Shown piece by piece: positions 27,041 to 36,648 of a stretch of 64,000 bases of DNA. Where the stretch lies: positions 21,785 through 85,784 of the forward strand of contig JAJZJW010000003.1 of the NCBI GenBank assembly GCA_021809845.1. The letters run 5' to 3'. A program made the position numbers and the translations under genes. The notes beneath the pieces are model-generated. The model searched no databases. It was not told where the DNA came from and worked only from the letters and a program-made list of their open reading frames with translations. Numbering within the stretch: the first letter of the stretch is position 1; each line of letters starts with the position of its first letter. This DNA is from a bacterium. Its GTDB lineage: Bacteria > SZUA-79 > Acidulodesulfobacterales > Acidulodesulfobacteraceae.

Positions 27041-28878
27041 TGTTTGTAACCGCTATAATTTTTCAATGAATCTACCGCCATGCCAAATATATCATAGCTG
27101 ACTGTACTGTTAAGATTTATAACATGAATATAATTTATAAGGCACAGTTCATCGTAAGGCGATGCAATACATTGCAGATTATAATCTATAGATTTCATAT
27201 CGGACATTACTTTATCTATTTTTTTCAAATTAAGAGGGTCGTTTAAAGCTATATTCACTAAATTTTTCGCTTCGTTCATACCCTTTGCGCATAAAGAGAG
27301 CATATCATTAATTGCGCTCAGTTCATCATCTGCGCCTAATTTGCCATTTATTGCGCTTTCCGCTTCCACATCGTGTTCAGCATTGAATATATCGTCAAAT
27401 TCATTGAAAGAGTCGATAAAAAGGTCTATTTCATGATGTATATTGTCATTGTTGTTATAATCATAATTATTATTACCTATATCCGCGCCTAAGTTCAGTT
27501 TAAAATTTCGTGTGTAAAAATATTCTAAAGAGAGTTTTAAAATTCTCAGCTTTAAATCTTTGAGCGTAAGCCTGTCTTTGACCGCCGGCAAAAAATCAAT
27601 AAATCCGTTCACATCAAATCTCGAAATATAAGCTATTATGCCGCTATTTTTGTATTTTGAAAAATATTTTTTTATGGCGACCCGATTTTCTAATTTAGCT
27701 TTTGCAATATCAAAAATATACTCCGGTTTAATAAGATTTTTACAAACGGGATTCATGCACTTAATATGAAAATCACATGGAAAACAGCTAATATCAGGTG
27801 TAACCAGCACCATATTTTCTGCATAAGGTCCTGTTTCCATAAACCCCACATGTCCTGTATAAATAACTATAAGGTCTGTATGCAAACCAACGCCTATATG
27901 CATTGTTCCGGTATCATGAGTAATAAGGAGTTTACTTGCTGCCACGGTATAAGCAAGACCAGCGACGGATGTTTTGCCTGTAAGATTTATAAGTCTTTTA
28001 GCCTTTATGAATTCTTTGCCTGCTTCTGTTTCAAAAATCTTTTTTTCTATATAGCATCCGTTTTTTATATCATATGGTGCTCCCAATAGTACTATTTTTA
28101 TTTTAGCGTTGTAAGCTAAAAGCATGCGTGCAAGTTTGACAAAAGAATCCATATGCCATTTCTTTGACTTCATCGAAGCGCCTATAGCAAATGATACGAT
28201 TATATCCCCTTTATCGGGTCTCAGACCGTATTCTTTTAAGTTATTAATAAATTTGATTTCTTCTTCGTCGCCTACCTTGGTTTTTTCGTTATCTTCGGTA
28301 GCTGCATTAAAAGACAGTGCTATTTCATTTCTGCCTGCCGTATAATATTTATTTCTGTTTTCAGGCAGTCCGTCAATACATCTGGCATAAACGTCGACAA
28401 GATTTAAAACGCTTGCTTTCCTGTTTTTAACCGCAGAAAATAAATATGCTATCATTTTATCGTTAGAAACTATATTCCCCTCGCGGGTTATAGAAATACC
28501 GATATTTTTTTTAGAATTCAGCATATAAAGAAAATAAACACTGAACTTATCGTGAGAAAGATTTATTGCCAAATCGTATTTTATATCTTTAATTTGAGCA
28601 GGAATCATAGCGTTAACTTCTTTGTAAACAGCAGAATTAAACTCAAAATTTGAAAACTTTAAAATTTCGGTCAGACCTCTCAAGTTAACCTGTCTTATTT
28701 CATCTATATACGGCAAAAAATGGGTTATTTCATAAAATTCTGTTGAAACTATAAGCGTGACTACACTTTCGGGATAGAAAAATTTTATTTTTTTAAAAAG
28801 GGCTGTTGACTGTATAATATCGCCCATTCTGGTAAGATTTAATATTATAATTTTTTTCATAAAGCTTTCAATCCTCAT
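26968..28878 (-). CDS. GT9 (heptosyltransferase-like) glycosyltransferase with ~200-aa C-terminal extension
   Basis: N-terminal ILNLTRMGDIIQSTALFKKIK and TGKTSVAGLAYTVAASKLLITHDTGTMHIG are GT9 hallmarks. 636 aa, about twice normal GT9 length. Confidence 0.7.
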   Translation of the reverse strand: MRIESFMKKIIILNLTRMGDIIQSTALFKKIKFFYPESVVTLIVSTEFYEITHFLPYIDEIRQVNLRGLTEILKFSNFEFNSAVYKEVNAMIPAQIKDIKYDLAINLSHDKFSVYFLYMLNSKKNIGISITREGNIVSNDKMIAYLFSAVKNRKASVLNLVDVYARCIDGLPENRNKYYTAGRNEIALSFNAATEDNEKTKVGDEEEIKFINNLKEYGLRPDKGDIIVSFAIGASMKSKKWHMDSFVKLARMLLAYNAKIKIVLLGAPYDIKNGCYIEKKIFETEAGKEFIKAKRLINLTGKTSVAGLAYTVAASKLLITHDTGTMHIGVGLHTDLIVIYTGHVGFMETGPYAENMVLVTPDISCFPCDFHIKCMNPVCKNLIKPEYIFDIAKAKLENRVAIKKYFSKYKNSGIIAYISRFDVNGFIDFLPAVKDRLTLKDLKLRILKLSLEYFYTRNFKLNLGADIGNNNYDYNNNDNIHHEIDLFIDSFNEFDDIFNAEHDVEAESAINGKLGADDELSAINDMLSLCAKGMNEAKNLVNIALNDPLNLKKIDKVMSDMKSIDYNLQCIASPYDELCLINYIHVINLNSTVSYDIFGMAVDSLKNYSGYKHQLIIFKKIWSLFFDKLAVININL

Positions 28879-31108
28879 GCTCTTTCTCTAATCTTGCGGC
28901 ATTCGCTTTTGCCGACCATAGCATAAGAATCATAGCCTCTGTTTTGGACAACTTTCCTTTGCCTCTCCTTATATATTCAACCAGCTCGGCAATGGAGACG
29001 GAACCTTTGTCTTTAAATGCCTCAAGCAGTCTGTACAGTTCCGGTTCCTTTTCCGTTTCATTAAGAAGTTTTAATATGTTTTCGCGTCGGGATATAAGCT
29101 TGTTTTTTATAGTGTCATATGAATTTAAAAGTATTATATTCATCATTTCAGAAACACGCTGTTCATATGTATGGTGTTTCCTGACGGTATTATAACCGTG
29201 TTCGGCTATAGCTAACCGTTCATGTTCGTTATCTAAATAATAGCGTATTTTTTTTCTTAAATCATCAACGTTTTCAAATATAACTAAATCTTTGCCGTCT
29301 TCAAAAACACCTTCCATATACCTGCGTCTATCAACGAGCTGAAATCCGCCGCAGCCGAGTATTTCGTACACGCGGGGATTTAAAAAATCGCCGTCGGGGT
29401 TTATATCCCAATGCCACATGGATGAATGGAGATTAATATTTATTTTTGAATAATTATATATTTTTACAGCTTCCTCTTCGGTAAAACGTTTTCCGCCATC
29501 CTGTATTAAAAGACTTAAAGGCATATCGGCTATCCAGTCATTTCCCCATATTTTAAAATTAAAATCGGTAAGTTTGGCGAATACGTTTTTCCTGTTAAAG
29601 TAACCGGCGCCCGCAAAACTCACATCGCAGGCATATTTTTTTTTGTCATCTTTATATTCATATTCATATTCATTGAGCGTTTTACAATTTTTGTGAGTAT
29701 TAGGGCTGGCACTGAAAAAGTTTCGGCTGTCATTGTCATTATTATTATCATTATTTACAGTATATTTATTACCTTTATATTGCTCATCATTATTATTACA
29801 ATCATTATAATTATTATGATTATAATAATGATTATCTTTATTTTTTATATCATTACAGATGCCTGTTTCATTGTGTTCATTGTTATTTTTAGCAATTCTA
29901 TTATGAAATGACGGCAAACATGCAAGAGGCAGATAATAAAAATTGTGCAGACCCATATTCTCTAATTCTTTAAAAAACTCGTCTTTCTGAATAGTAAAAA
30001 AATAATCAACATGCTTAGCTATACTGCTCCAGTAGGTAAGCGTTCTAAAATCTTCTACAAACCAGTATGCCGTAATTATTCCCATATTTTTTAGTTTTAA
30101 AATAACCCTCTCGGTTGCAGGCGACTGCGCCATAAAAAGTACCATATCCGGCGGATTGTTCATTACTGCAGATAACAGAGCTTCAGACATAAGATTGGAA
30201 AGCATCTGTCTTAATGAATTAATATGGTCTTCATTCTGTGTAAATTCGCTCAAATATTTATATCCGTCGTAAAATCTCGAAAAATCCATAATATCCGCCT
30301 GATATCCGGAATTAAGAAAAGCCTTATATATATAATTTCCTACTGTTGAAGAACCGCCGTACATAGGTTGAGCTATAAGAACTCTAAAAGAAGAAGGGCT
30401 GAAAAACTGATTTATATTAATTTTCTTATATATGCGGGCATATTCGTTTTTAAAAATATTTTTATATGAAATAAGTTCAAATAACCGCCGGTCAGTTTCG
30501 CCAATGACAATATCTTTTTCTGATATAAAAATAGATATTTTATACAATAATTCTGAAACATCGCAGTTGCTAAGTATAAAATTAAGAGATTCTACAGATG
30601 GTTCAAACACTGAAATTTTAATCTGACTTTGCTTCTTATTTTTTTTATTATTATCCTCATTTTCGCTGCGCTCGTTATGCTCGCGGCACTCGTCGTAGGA
30701 CTCTGACCGCAAATTGAACTTCCCGAACCTATCTTCAAGCAGCTTACTCAGTTCATTTATGTGGTAGCCGAAACCGAACCCGAAGATAATAATATTTTCC
30801 GGCTTTTCGTTTTTTTTAGTGTATTTTTCAATGACGGAGAGCGCCCATTTTTTTCCTTCGGCAACAGGGTCGTAAGCCGAGTGAACGGTGAGCCCGTTGA
30901 TTTTAAAAGTGAGCCCGCCGAAACATGCCGATGCACCGCTTATTTTAGTTTCAAGAAGTTCAAATGTCAATTTTGAGTTTTGTTCTGAATTTTCATGAGA
31001 TACCTTAGAATCCGATGTCTGACGAAAAGCTAAAATTTTTTTCAGTAGCAGCGGATTGATTTTCTTTAAAATTTCGGCATTTTTTTTAAAATAATTTATC
31101 AAATCCAT
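28868..31108 (-). CDS. chimeric glycosyltransferase: Maf-like N-terminal region plus CgeB/DUF3880-type C-terminal domain
   Basis: The N-terminus (FKKNAEILKKINPLLLKKIL ... IIIFGFGFGYHINEL ... ISVFEPSVESLNFIL) resembles motility-accessory-factor proteins. The C-terminus (VSFAGAGYFNRKNVF...RVYEILGCGGFQLVDRR...HTYEQR) resembles CgeB-family GTs. There is an Asn/Asp-rich insertion at ~aa 405-470. Confidence 0.6.
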   Translation of the reverse strand: MDLINYFKKNAEILKKINPLLLKKILAFRQTSDSKVSHENSEQNSKLTFELLETKISGASACFGGLTFKINGLTVHSAYDPVAEGKKWALSVIEKYTKKNEKPENIIIFGFGFGYHINELSKLLEDRFGKFNLRSESYDECREHNERSENEDNNKKNKKQSQIKISVFEPSVESLNFILSNCDVSELLYKISIFISEKDIVIGETDRRLFELISYKNIFKNEYARIYKKININQFFSPSSFRVLIAQPMYGGSSTVGNYIYKAFLNSGYQADIMDFSRFYDGYKYLSEFTQNEDHINSLRQMLSNLMSEALLSAVMNNPPDMVLFMAQSPATERVILKLKNMGIITAYWFVEDFRTLTYWSSIAKHVDYFFTIQKDEFFKELENMGLHNFYYLPLACLPSFHNRIAKNNNEHNETGICNDIKNKDNHYYNHNNYNDCNNNDEQYKGNKYTVNNDNNNDNDSRNFFSASPNTHKNCKTLNEYEYEYKDDKKKYACDVSFAGAGYFNRKNVFAKLTDFNFKIWGNDWIADMPLSLLIQDGGKRFTEEEAVKIYNYSKININLHSSMWHWDINPDGDFLNPRVYEILGCGGFQLVDRRRYMEGVFEDGKDLVIFENVDDLRKKIRYYLDNEHERLAIAEHGYNTVRKHHTYEQRVSEMMNIILLNSYDTIKNKLISRRENILKLLNETEKEPELYRLLEAFKDKGSVSIAELVEYIRRGKGKLSKTEAMILMLWSAKANAARLEKEHED

Positions 31109-31119
31109 ATTATATCCAG

Positions 31120-31300
31120 ATTTTTATTTATATCTTTATTTATATCTTTATTTATATTTATACTTTTATTTACATCTATATCTTATTAATATTTATATCT
31201 TTATTTATATTTATACTTTTATTTACATCTATATCTCATTAATATTTATATCTTTATTTATATTTATACTTTTATTTATACTTTTATTTATATCCATAAT
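31120..31300. repeat. 53-bp tandem repeat x3
   Basis: TATATCTTTATTTATATTTATACTTTTATTTACATCTATATCT(T/C)ATTAATATT, with copies starting at 31141, 31194 and 31247. Confidence 0.9.
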
Positions 31301-31359
31301 ATATATATTTATATAAGTCTAAGTTCGCAACTGAATAATATAAAAAATTTCTATGCATT

Positions 31360-33258
31360 TTAAATTTTTTTTAAAATATTTATTGCAGCGCTTAAAAGCA
31401 ATATTATATCGTCAAAAGCCTTTCCGATACTAAAATCTATCTCATCTATAAAATAATCTGAAACAAGTTTTAAATATTCATAATTGCGTCCTATTTCTTT
31501 TACTGCTTTTTTAAACCTGTAAAAATACAGAGCATCCGAATTATTTTCCGTATTACAAAGGCTGCCGGAGAAATTACCATTCTCCTTTGCACTTTGCGAC
31601 ACAAAAGAATGCTTTGCGTTTTCAAACACTGTCATAATGAAGGTAATCTCCGACAATAATTCTTTAGGCAACGCCGTGCTTATTTTATAATATTTTTTAC
31701 AATTTTTCAAAATATTATCTACGTCCGGCTTAACGCTGCAACCTGAAAGAATATAAATCCAACAGTATTTTAAAATTTCAGAAGCTAATTCATTTTTGCC
31801 TATATTTTTTTTTACTATGGGATAGTAATGAATAGAACAAGAGTTATCGCAAAAAAATACATCGGAATTACCTTTTTTAATATTAGAGATAAGCTCTTTT
31901 TTCACAGCGCTGCTTTTTTTAAACGTCATGGCAGCAAGCAGAAAAACATCTTCGGGTTTTATATCATTTTTACATGAAAAATTATATTTGCACAGTTCGT
32001 TTTCTAAGCACGGATAGCAAGCAGCCTTAGAGCATATTGCATATGATTTGTTTAAATGAGGACCTGTTTCGTAAAAATTTGCGTTGCCGATAAAAATAGA
32101 AACTGCCGGAACTTGTAAAATTTGTGCTATATGAAGCGTACCGGTATCCGTTGAGATTATGAGGTTAAAATCTTTAATTATATAAATAAGTTCGCTTAAT
32201 GAAGTTTTTCCGGTTATATCTACCAATTTTTGTTTAAAATTATCTATATCGTTCGGGTCTGATAAACTAGAAAAGAGCAAATTCTTAATTTCCGCAACAT
32301 CATCAACATCTTCTTTAGTACCGACAAATGTTATTTCGCAGTTAAGGTTTTTTAGTAAAAGCTCTGCGAGTTTTGAATAATTTTTCGTACCCCACAATCT
32401 CTTTTCAGACGACGCACCTGTTGAAATGCAAATTCTGAATTTATTCTGTGCGGCAGACTCCAACATTCCGGTGTCTGACAATTTAATGCCGGCTCTTTCT
32501 CTTGCGTCAGTTGTTTTAATACATGGAACTTTGAGATTTAAATTTAATGTTTTAATATATTTGCTTCTATTTTTATTCTTGCTTCCAGTGTTAAGCTTTA
32601 ACTTTAAAATATCATAATTTATTTTTAATTCAGCAGGCTTAGCATAGCCTATAAGAGAAAATATATCTATTATATTGAGTTTATTAAGTTTTCTGTTTTT
32701 AACAGAATTATAAAAATAATTAGCCGCTCCGCGACGCAAAATAGCTTCAGAAGTTTTAGCTGATTTATTAATATAAATGAAACCTCTTTTAACCGCATTA
32801 TCAAAAAAATTTAATAAAAGACCGCTATTAATGTCAAAATTAAGATTTATAGCAAGTTGGTATTCGCTTAAAAACTGAGAAATACGGGATTTTATATTAT
32901 TAAGGGAGGCTAAAGAATCTAAATCGTTCCGGCATTTATGATTTTTATAACTCGTCGAAAATAAGTCTTCAAATGTTATGAGTTCAAGAGCGTTATTTAA
33001 AAAATCTTTTATATCTAAAATATTAATATCGACGAGGATGTCAATTTTTGTTCTATTTTTAGTTTTATTCCTTTCTTCTTTTTCTTCTTTTTCTTTTTTC
33101 CCTTTTAATTCTTCTTTCTTTTCTGCTTTATGCGTATCATTGTTTTGGGATGCTAATCCCGCACTTATATCGGTATAAAGACTATTGAGCAAAGGAACTG
33201 ACTGAAAAAAATCGCCAATCCTTCTTATCTGAAAAACAAATATGCTGCTATTACCCAT
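31360..33258 (-). CDS. GT9 (heptosyltransferase-like) glycosyltransferase, second long paralogue
   Basis: VFQIRRIGDFFQSVPLLNSL and TGKTSLSELIYIIKDFNLIISTDTGTLHIA. 632 aa with a Lys/Glu-rich insertion near the N-terminus and a C-terminal extension. Confidence 0.7.
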   Translation of the reverse strand: MGNSSIFVFQIRRIGDFFQSVPLLNSLYTDISAGLASQNNDTHKAEKKEELKGKKEKEEKEERNKTKNRTKIDILVDINILDIKDFLNNALELITFEDLFSTSYKNHKCRNDLDSLASLNNIKSRISQFLSEYQLAINLNFDINSGLLLNFFDNAVKRGFIYINKSAKTSEAILRRGAANYFYNSVKNRKLNKLNIIDIFSLIGYAKPAELKINYDILKLKLNTGSKNKNRSKYIKTLNLNLKVPCIKTTDARERAGIKLSDTGMLESAAQNKFRICISTGASSEKRLWGTKNYSKLAELLLKNLNCEITFVGTKEDVDDVAEIKNLLFSSLSDPNDIDNFKQKLVDITGKTSLSELIYIIKDFNLIISTDTGTLHIAQILQVPAVSIFIGNANFYETGPHLNKSYAICSKAACYPCLENELCKYNFSCKNDIKPEDVFLLAAMTFKKSSAVKKELISNIKKGNSDVFFCDNSCSIHYYPIVKKNIGKNELASEILKYCWIYILSGCSVKPDVDNILKNCKKYYKISTALPKELLSEITFIMTVFENAKHSFVSQSAKENGNFSGSLCNTENNSDALYFYRFKKAVKEIGRNYEYLKLVSDYFIDEIDFSIGKAFDDIILLLSAAINILKKI

Positions 33259-33518
33259 TCATCTGCAATTACAATATATTTAAATTATAAGTCATATTTT
33301 ATTGCACTACATAGCTTTTAAACTTAAAAAATTTATTTATGTTCGGAACCGAAATTATATAATTCCAAATCTCATTTGAAATATCGCACTTTAACGCTTT
33401 TCAATTATCTTTTATATATTATAAATATAAAATAACTTAAATCGCATTTAAAACATCACTAATTAACTCTATTTACTTTCAATTTTGCTTTTAAGCCGAT
33501 TGCTCATATAATTAACAA

Positions 33519-33980
33519 TTATACGCGGCTAGATACAGATATAGAACTTATAGTGTTGTTAGCAGCCGAACTTTCCGGCAATATCTGAGTTGACGCTGCC
33601 ACACGTTCTTTTTCCTTTTCTAAAATTATTTTCCAACCGTTAACAAGATTTTCTAAAATCTCTAATGCTTCATCAAGTTTGTGGGCATCTTTTTTAAGAT
33701 TTGCTGTAGTAAGATGATATGATAAAAAAACATAAAGCTTATTAAGATTTTTTGCAGTTTCTCCGCCTTTTTCCATATTTAGATTAAGATTTAACTCATT
33801 TATTAAAGCAACAGCATTAGATATAGCAATGGATTTTCCGGCGTAGTCGTTTTGTGAAAGTTTTTCTTTTGCCTGTTGGATAAAAGTAATCGCTCCTTCA
33901 TACGCCATGAGAATAACCGTTCCGTTGTCTATTGTCGAAGCTGCAACATTCTGATACTGATATGCACCCGTGTTAAGCAT
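33519..33980 (-). CDS. fliS: flagellar export chaperone FliS
   Basis: YQYQNVAASTIDNGTVILMAYEGAITFIQQA...LNKLYVFLSYHLTTANLKKD...NGW follows the FliS four-helix pattern. Sits downstream of fliD. Confidence 0.85.
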   Translation of the reverse strand: MLNTGAYQYQNVAASTIDNGTVILMAYEGAITFIQQAKEKLSQNDYAGKSIAISNAVALINELNLNLNMEKGGETAKNLNKLYVFLSYHLTTANLKKDAHKLDEALEILENLVNGWKIILEKEKERVAASTQILPESSAANNTISSISVSSRV

Positions 33981-34147
33981 AATCTTTTTTGCTCCCTTTA
34001 AAAAATACAGTTTTATACCTTATTTATATTTTATTTATATTTTATTTAAATTAGTTCAATGTATTTTAACTTAATTTGCTCAGCTTAATAACTCAGCTTT
34101 AATAATTCAGCTATTTGATTAAACATAGCGACCTATTCCAAATATTT

Positions 34148-34276
34148 AAAGGCTATTAAGCTAATTAGCCGCCTGCTGATGTTGTTGACAATGCAATGTC
34201 AAGGTTCTGATACTTGTTTTTTTAAAAAGGCTCTTAACCTAATTACTAATTAGCCGCCTGCTGATGTTGTTGACGG
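34148..34276. repeat. ~78-bp duplication carrying the fliD stop codon and last 7-8 codons
   Basis: AAAGGCT(A/C)TTAA(G/C)CTAATT...TTAGCCGCCTGCTGATGTTGTTGAC is present at 34148-34190 (non-coding ghost) and 34226-34276 (real 3' end; stop at 34250-34252). Confidence 0.85.
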
Positions 34277-35683
34277 CATCTGAGCTATCTGGCTTGCCAA
34301 TGCAGCACTGGTGGTTTTCATTTCTCCGACATACTTTTCTAATGCTGCAAACTGCTTTACGTACATTCCCATCTGCTGCTGCACTAGCGCAGTTTGAGAA
34401 GCAATCTGATTGTTCATGTTTGTAAGCTGCGAATTAATCTGCTGCTGCTCAAAATAAATAACGCCTTTAGCCGGATTAGTATAAGAATTTAAAAAGTTAG
34501 TCATTCCGCCTTTTTCTGAAACCCCGTCTGCTGTAGGAGAGCCATTTACAAGAGCGCTAAAAAATTGCTGAACCTGCTGAGGATTTGATGTTAACATACT
34601 GTTTAGTGTCGTTGTATTAAGTTGTAACTGACCTGAACCATCAGTATTTTCGGTAATTCCGTAGGTCGAAGGAAGTCCGCTGCTGCCGGTCATACCAGGA
34701 GCTTCACTTCCCATAAAACTATATAAATTGTTCACAAGGCTAGAAAGCGCAGGATTACCGCCGAGTGGTCCGGTTGATTTGGTACTCTTATTATATGTCT
34801 GTTGAGTTGATGCATCGCTAAGCAAACTGTTATAAGAAGATACAAAATTACTTACGGCAGAATCAATAGCGTTTGTATCAAGTCCAACCGTAATGGTGGT
34901 AGAACCTGTAGAGGCCAACTTTAAAGTAACACCCGGAATTACGTTATTAACCGTATTAGACTGGCTCGCAATACTTATTCCACCGTAAGTCAAAGCTGCA
35001 TTTTGAGCCGCCTGAGTCGTTGTAAAAGTAAGGGCGGTAGCAGTAGAAGATGCGGCAAGAGTCGGGTCGGTTACGGATATATCGTTATTTGTGCCGGTAT
35101 GATTGCTGGTTAGCACAAGCTGATACGGGTCAGTAGAACTCCCGTTATTTATAATTGATGCGGTAACGCCGGCGCCAGAATTGTTTATAGCCTTAGAAAG
35201 GTCGGCAAGCGTATAACCGGTTGTAGAATTTAAAGCCACATCAGTTGTTTTTCCGTTTACAGTTATGTCATAAGAGCCGGTTGCTCCGGAGCTGGAAACC
35301 GCGGTTGAACTTGACGCTACACCCTGAGAAGCCATGACATCCTTAGTAGCAATAGCGCTAACACTTATACTGTAAGCCCCTGGAGTTGCAGATGATGAAG
35401 CAGTTGCCGTTGCAACCGAAGGGTCGCTTGAAGTAGCCGAATATGTAGTGAAAAGAGAGGTCTGACCCAACGCTGCAGCCGCAGAATTTAAATTTGACGT
35501 ATCTGAACTTATTTTACCCCAAGCGCTAAGTTCGCTGTTTAATGGCGACTCCTGAGATTGCATAAGGGTAATAGGTTCTGACAGACTCTTATCTATGGCA
35601 TTAAGTAATGCAGTATAATTTATACCGGACGACAGACCGGTACCAGCAACTATTAATCCTTGATTAGGATATGAAATAGACAT
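34250..35683 (-). CDS. fliD: flagellar filament cap protein FliD (HAP2)
   Basis: N-terminal GLSSGINYTALLNAIDKSLSEPITLMQSQ and a C-terminal heptad region with the FAALEKYVGEMK pattern. Ser/Thr-rich central domain. Confidence 0.85.
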   Translation of the reverse strand: MSISYPNQGLIVAGTGLSSGINYTALLNAIDKSLSEPITLMQSQESPLNSELSAWGKISSDTSNLNSAAAALGQTSLFTTYSATSSDPSVATATASSSATPGAYSISVSAIATKDVMASQGVASSSTAVSSSGATGSYDITVNGKTTDVALNSTTGYTLADLSKAINNSGAGVTASIINNGSSTDPYQLVLTSNHTGTNNDISVTDPTLAASSTATALTFTTTQAAQNAALTYGGISIASQSNTVNNVIPGVTLKLASTGSTTITVGLDTNAIDSAVSNFVSSYNSLLSDASTQQTYNKSTKSTGPLGGNPALSSLVNNLYSFMGSEAPGMTGSSGLPSTYGITENTDGSGQLQLNTTTLNSMLTSNPQQVQQFFSALVNGSPTADGVSEKGGMTNFLNSYTNPAKGVIYFEQQQINSQLTNMNNQIASQTALVQQQMGMYVKQFAALEKYVGEMKTTSAALASQIAQMPSTTSAGG

Positions 35684-35770
35684 TTATATCATCTCCTTAG
35701 CTTTTATTTATTAGCTTTTATTTATTTTTAACTTTAGCTTCATAATTTTTACATAAATATTATTTATATA

Positions 35771-35798
35771 ATATCGGTATTATATTTTATAATATTTA
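35771..35798 (-). promoter_or_regulatory. candidate sigma28 (FliA) promoter for fliD-fliS
   Basis: Minus strand reads TAAATATT-N12-ACCGATAT (consensus TAAAGTTT-N11-GCCGATAA), ~90 nt upstream of the fliD ATG. Confidence 0.35.
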
Positions 35799-35871
35799 AT
35801 TTTAATATTATATATTTATACTATTTAATCTATAATTTTAATGCTATTTGAGCTATAATAATTTATAATTT

Positions 35872-36333
35872 TTACAATTTCTCATTCAGCAAGAACCCTT
35901 TACGATAATGAGACTGCATGTACTTTATAAACTCCTCGGACGGAATCTGAGATTCAACTTTCCCGGTTTTAGAATTAACTATATCTATAACCGTTCCGCC
36001 TGCTTTCGGGTCCCATTTAAAAAGAGTTAAGGTCGAAAGTGCAAAAGTAGGATTTAAACTTTCTTTAATTTCAGCCTTAAGAACTGCCTGTAAATTTTTA
36101 TTTACGCCTGCTGCAGGCGTAACTGCACTTTTTACTGCAGATTTAACGCTGCCTCTGTTTTGTGTACCGTTTGCAAAGTCAGAACTTGCACTAGTAATAT
36201 CAGAATTTGCTTTTGCCTGATTGTTTATGTTTATGGCATTTTGCAAATTGCCGGCAGAAGGAGCAACAGCATTGCCGGAGAACTCACGCTGTTGAACATT
36301 TACCAAATTCAGACTGCCCGCTATATTATTCAT
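35872..36333 (-). CDS. flaG: flagellar protein FlaG
   Basis: C-terminal FKWDPKAGGTVIDIVNSKTGKVESQIPSEEFIKYMQ matches the FlaG domain. Start set at the ATG (MNNIAGS) preceded by AAAGAGGGA; the ORF track extends to 36444. Confidence 0.75.
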   Translation of the reverse strand: MNNIAGSLNLVNVQQREFSGNAVAPSAGNLQNAININNQAKANSDITSASSDFANGTQNRGSVKSAVKSAVTPAAGVNKNLQAVLKAEIKESLNPTFALSTLTLFKWDPKAGGTVIDIVNSKTGKVESQIPSEEFIKYMQSHYRKGFLLNEKL

Positions 36334-36404
36334 AGCACACCGTCCCTCTTTGTATATTATCTCTATAATAATATTAAAATATGAAAACATTACTTCGGAA
36401 TCAA

Positions 36405-36427
36405 CCCGCGGTTTTTTTTGCCGCGGG
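36405..36427 (-). terminator. GC-rich hairpin between flagellin and flaG (possible partial terminator)
   Basis: CCCGCGG-N9-CCGCGGG perfect 7-bp stem in AT-rich DNA. The downstream U-tract is weak. Confidence 0.3.
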
Positions 36428-36648
36428 CAACCCGTTATTAACATACAAAATTTTTAATTTTATTGTTTCTTATAATATTATAAAGATAAGTTTATTAATA
36501 TATTATTCGTTACTATAACTTCTTTTTATTGTTATAACTTCTTATAAGCAAACAATGTCGGCAAATTGTAAAACAAACACATTTACGAATTGTTTTCATG
36601 CGTTATCTATTTTTTTAGTTTAGCTGCCGCTATTTATCTGCTTATATG

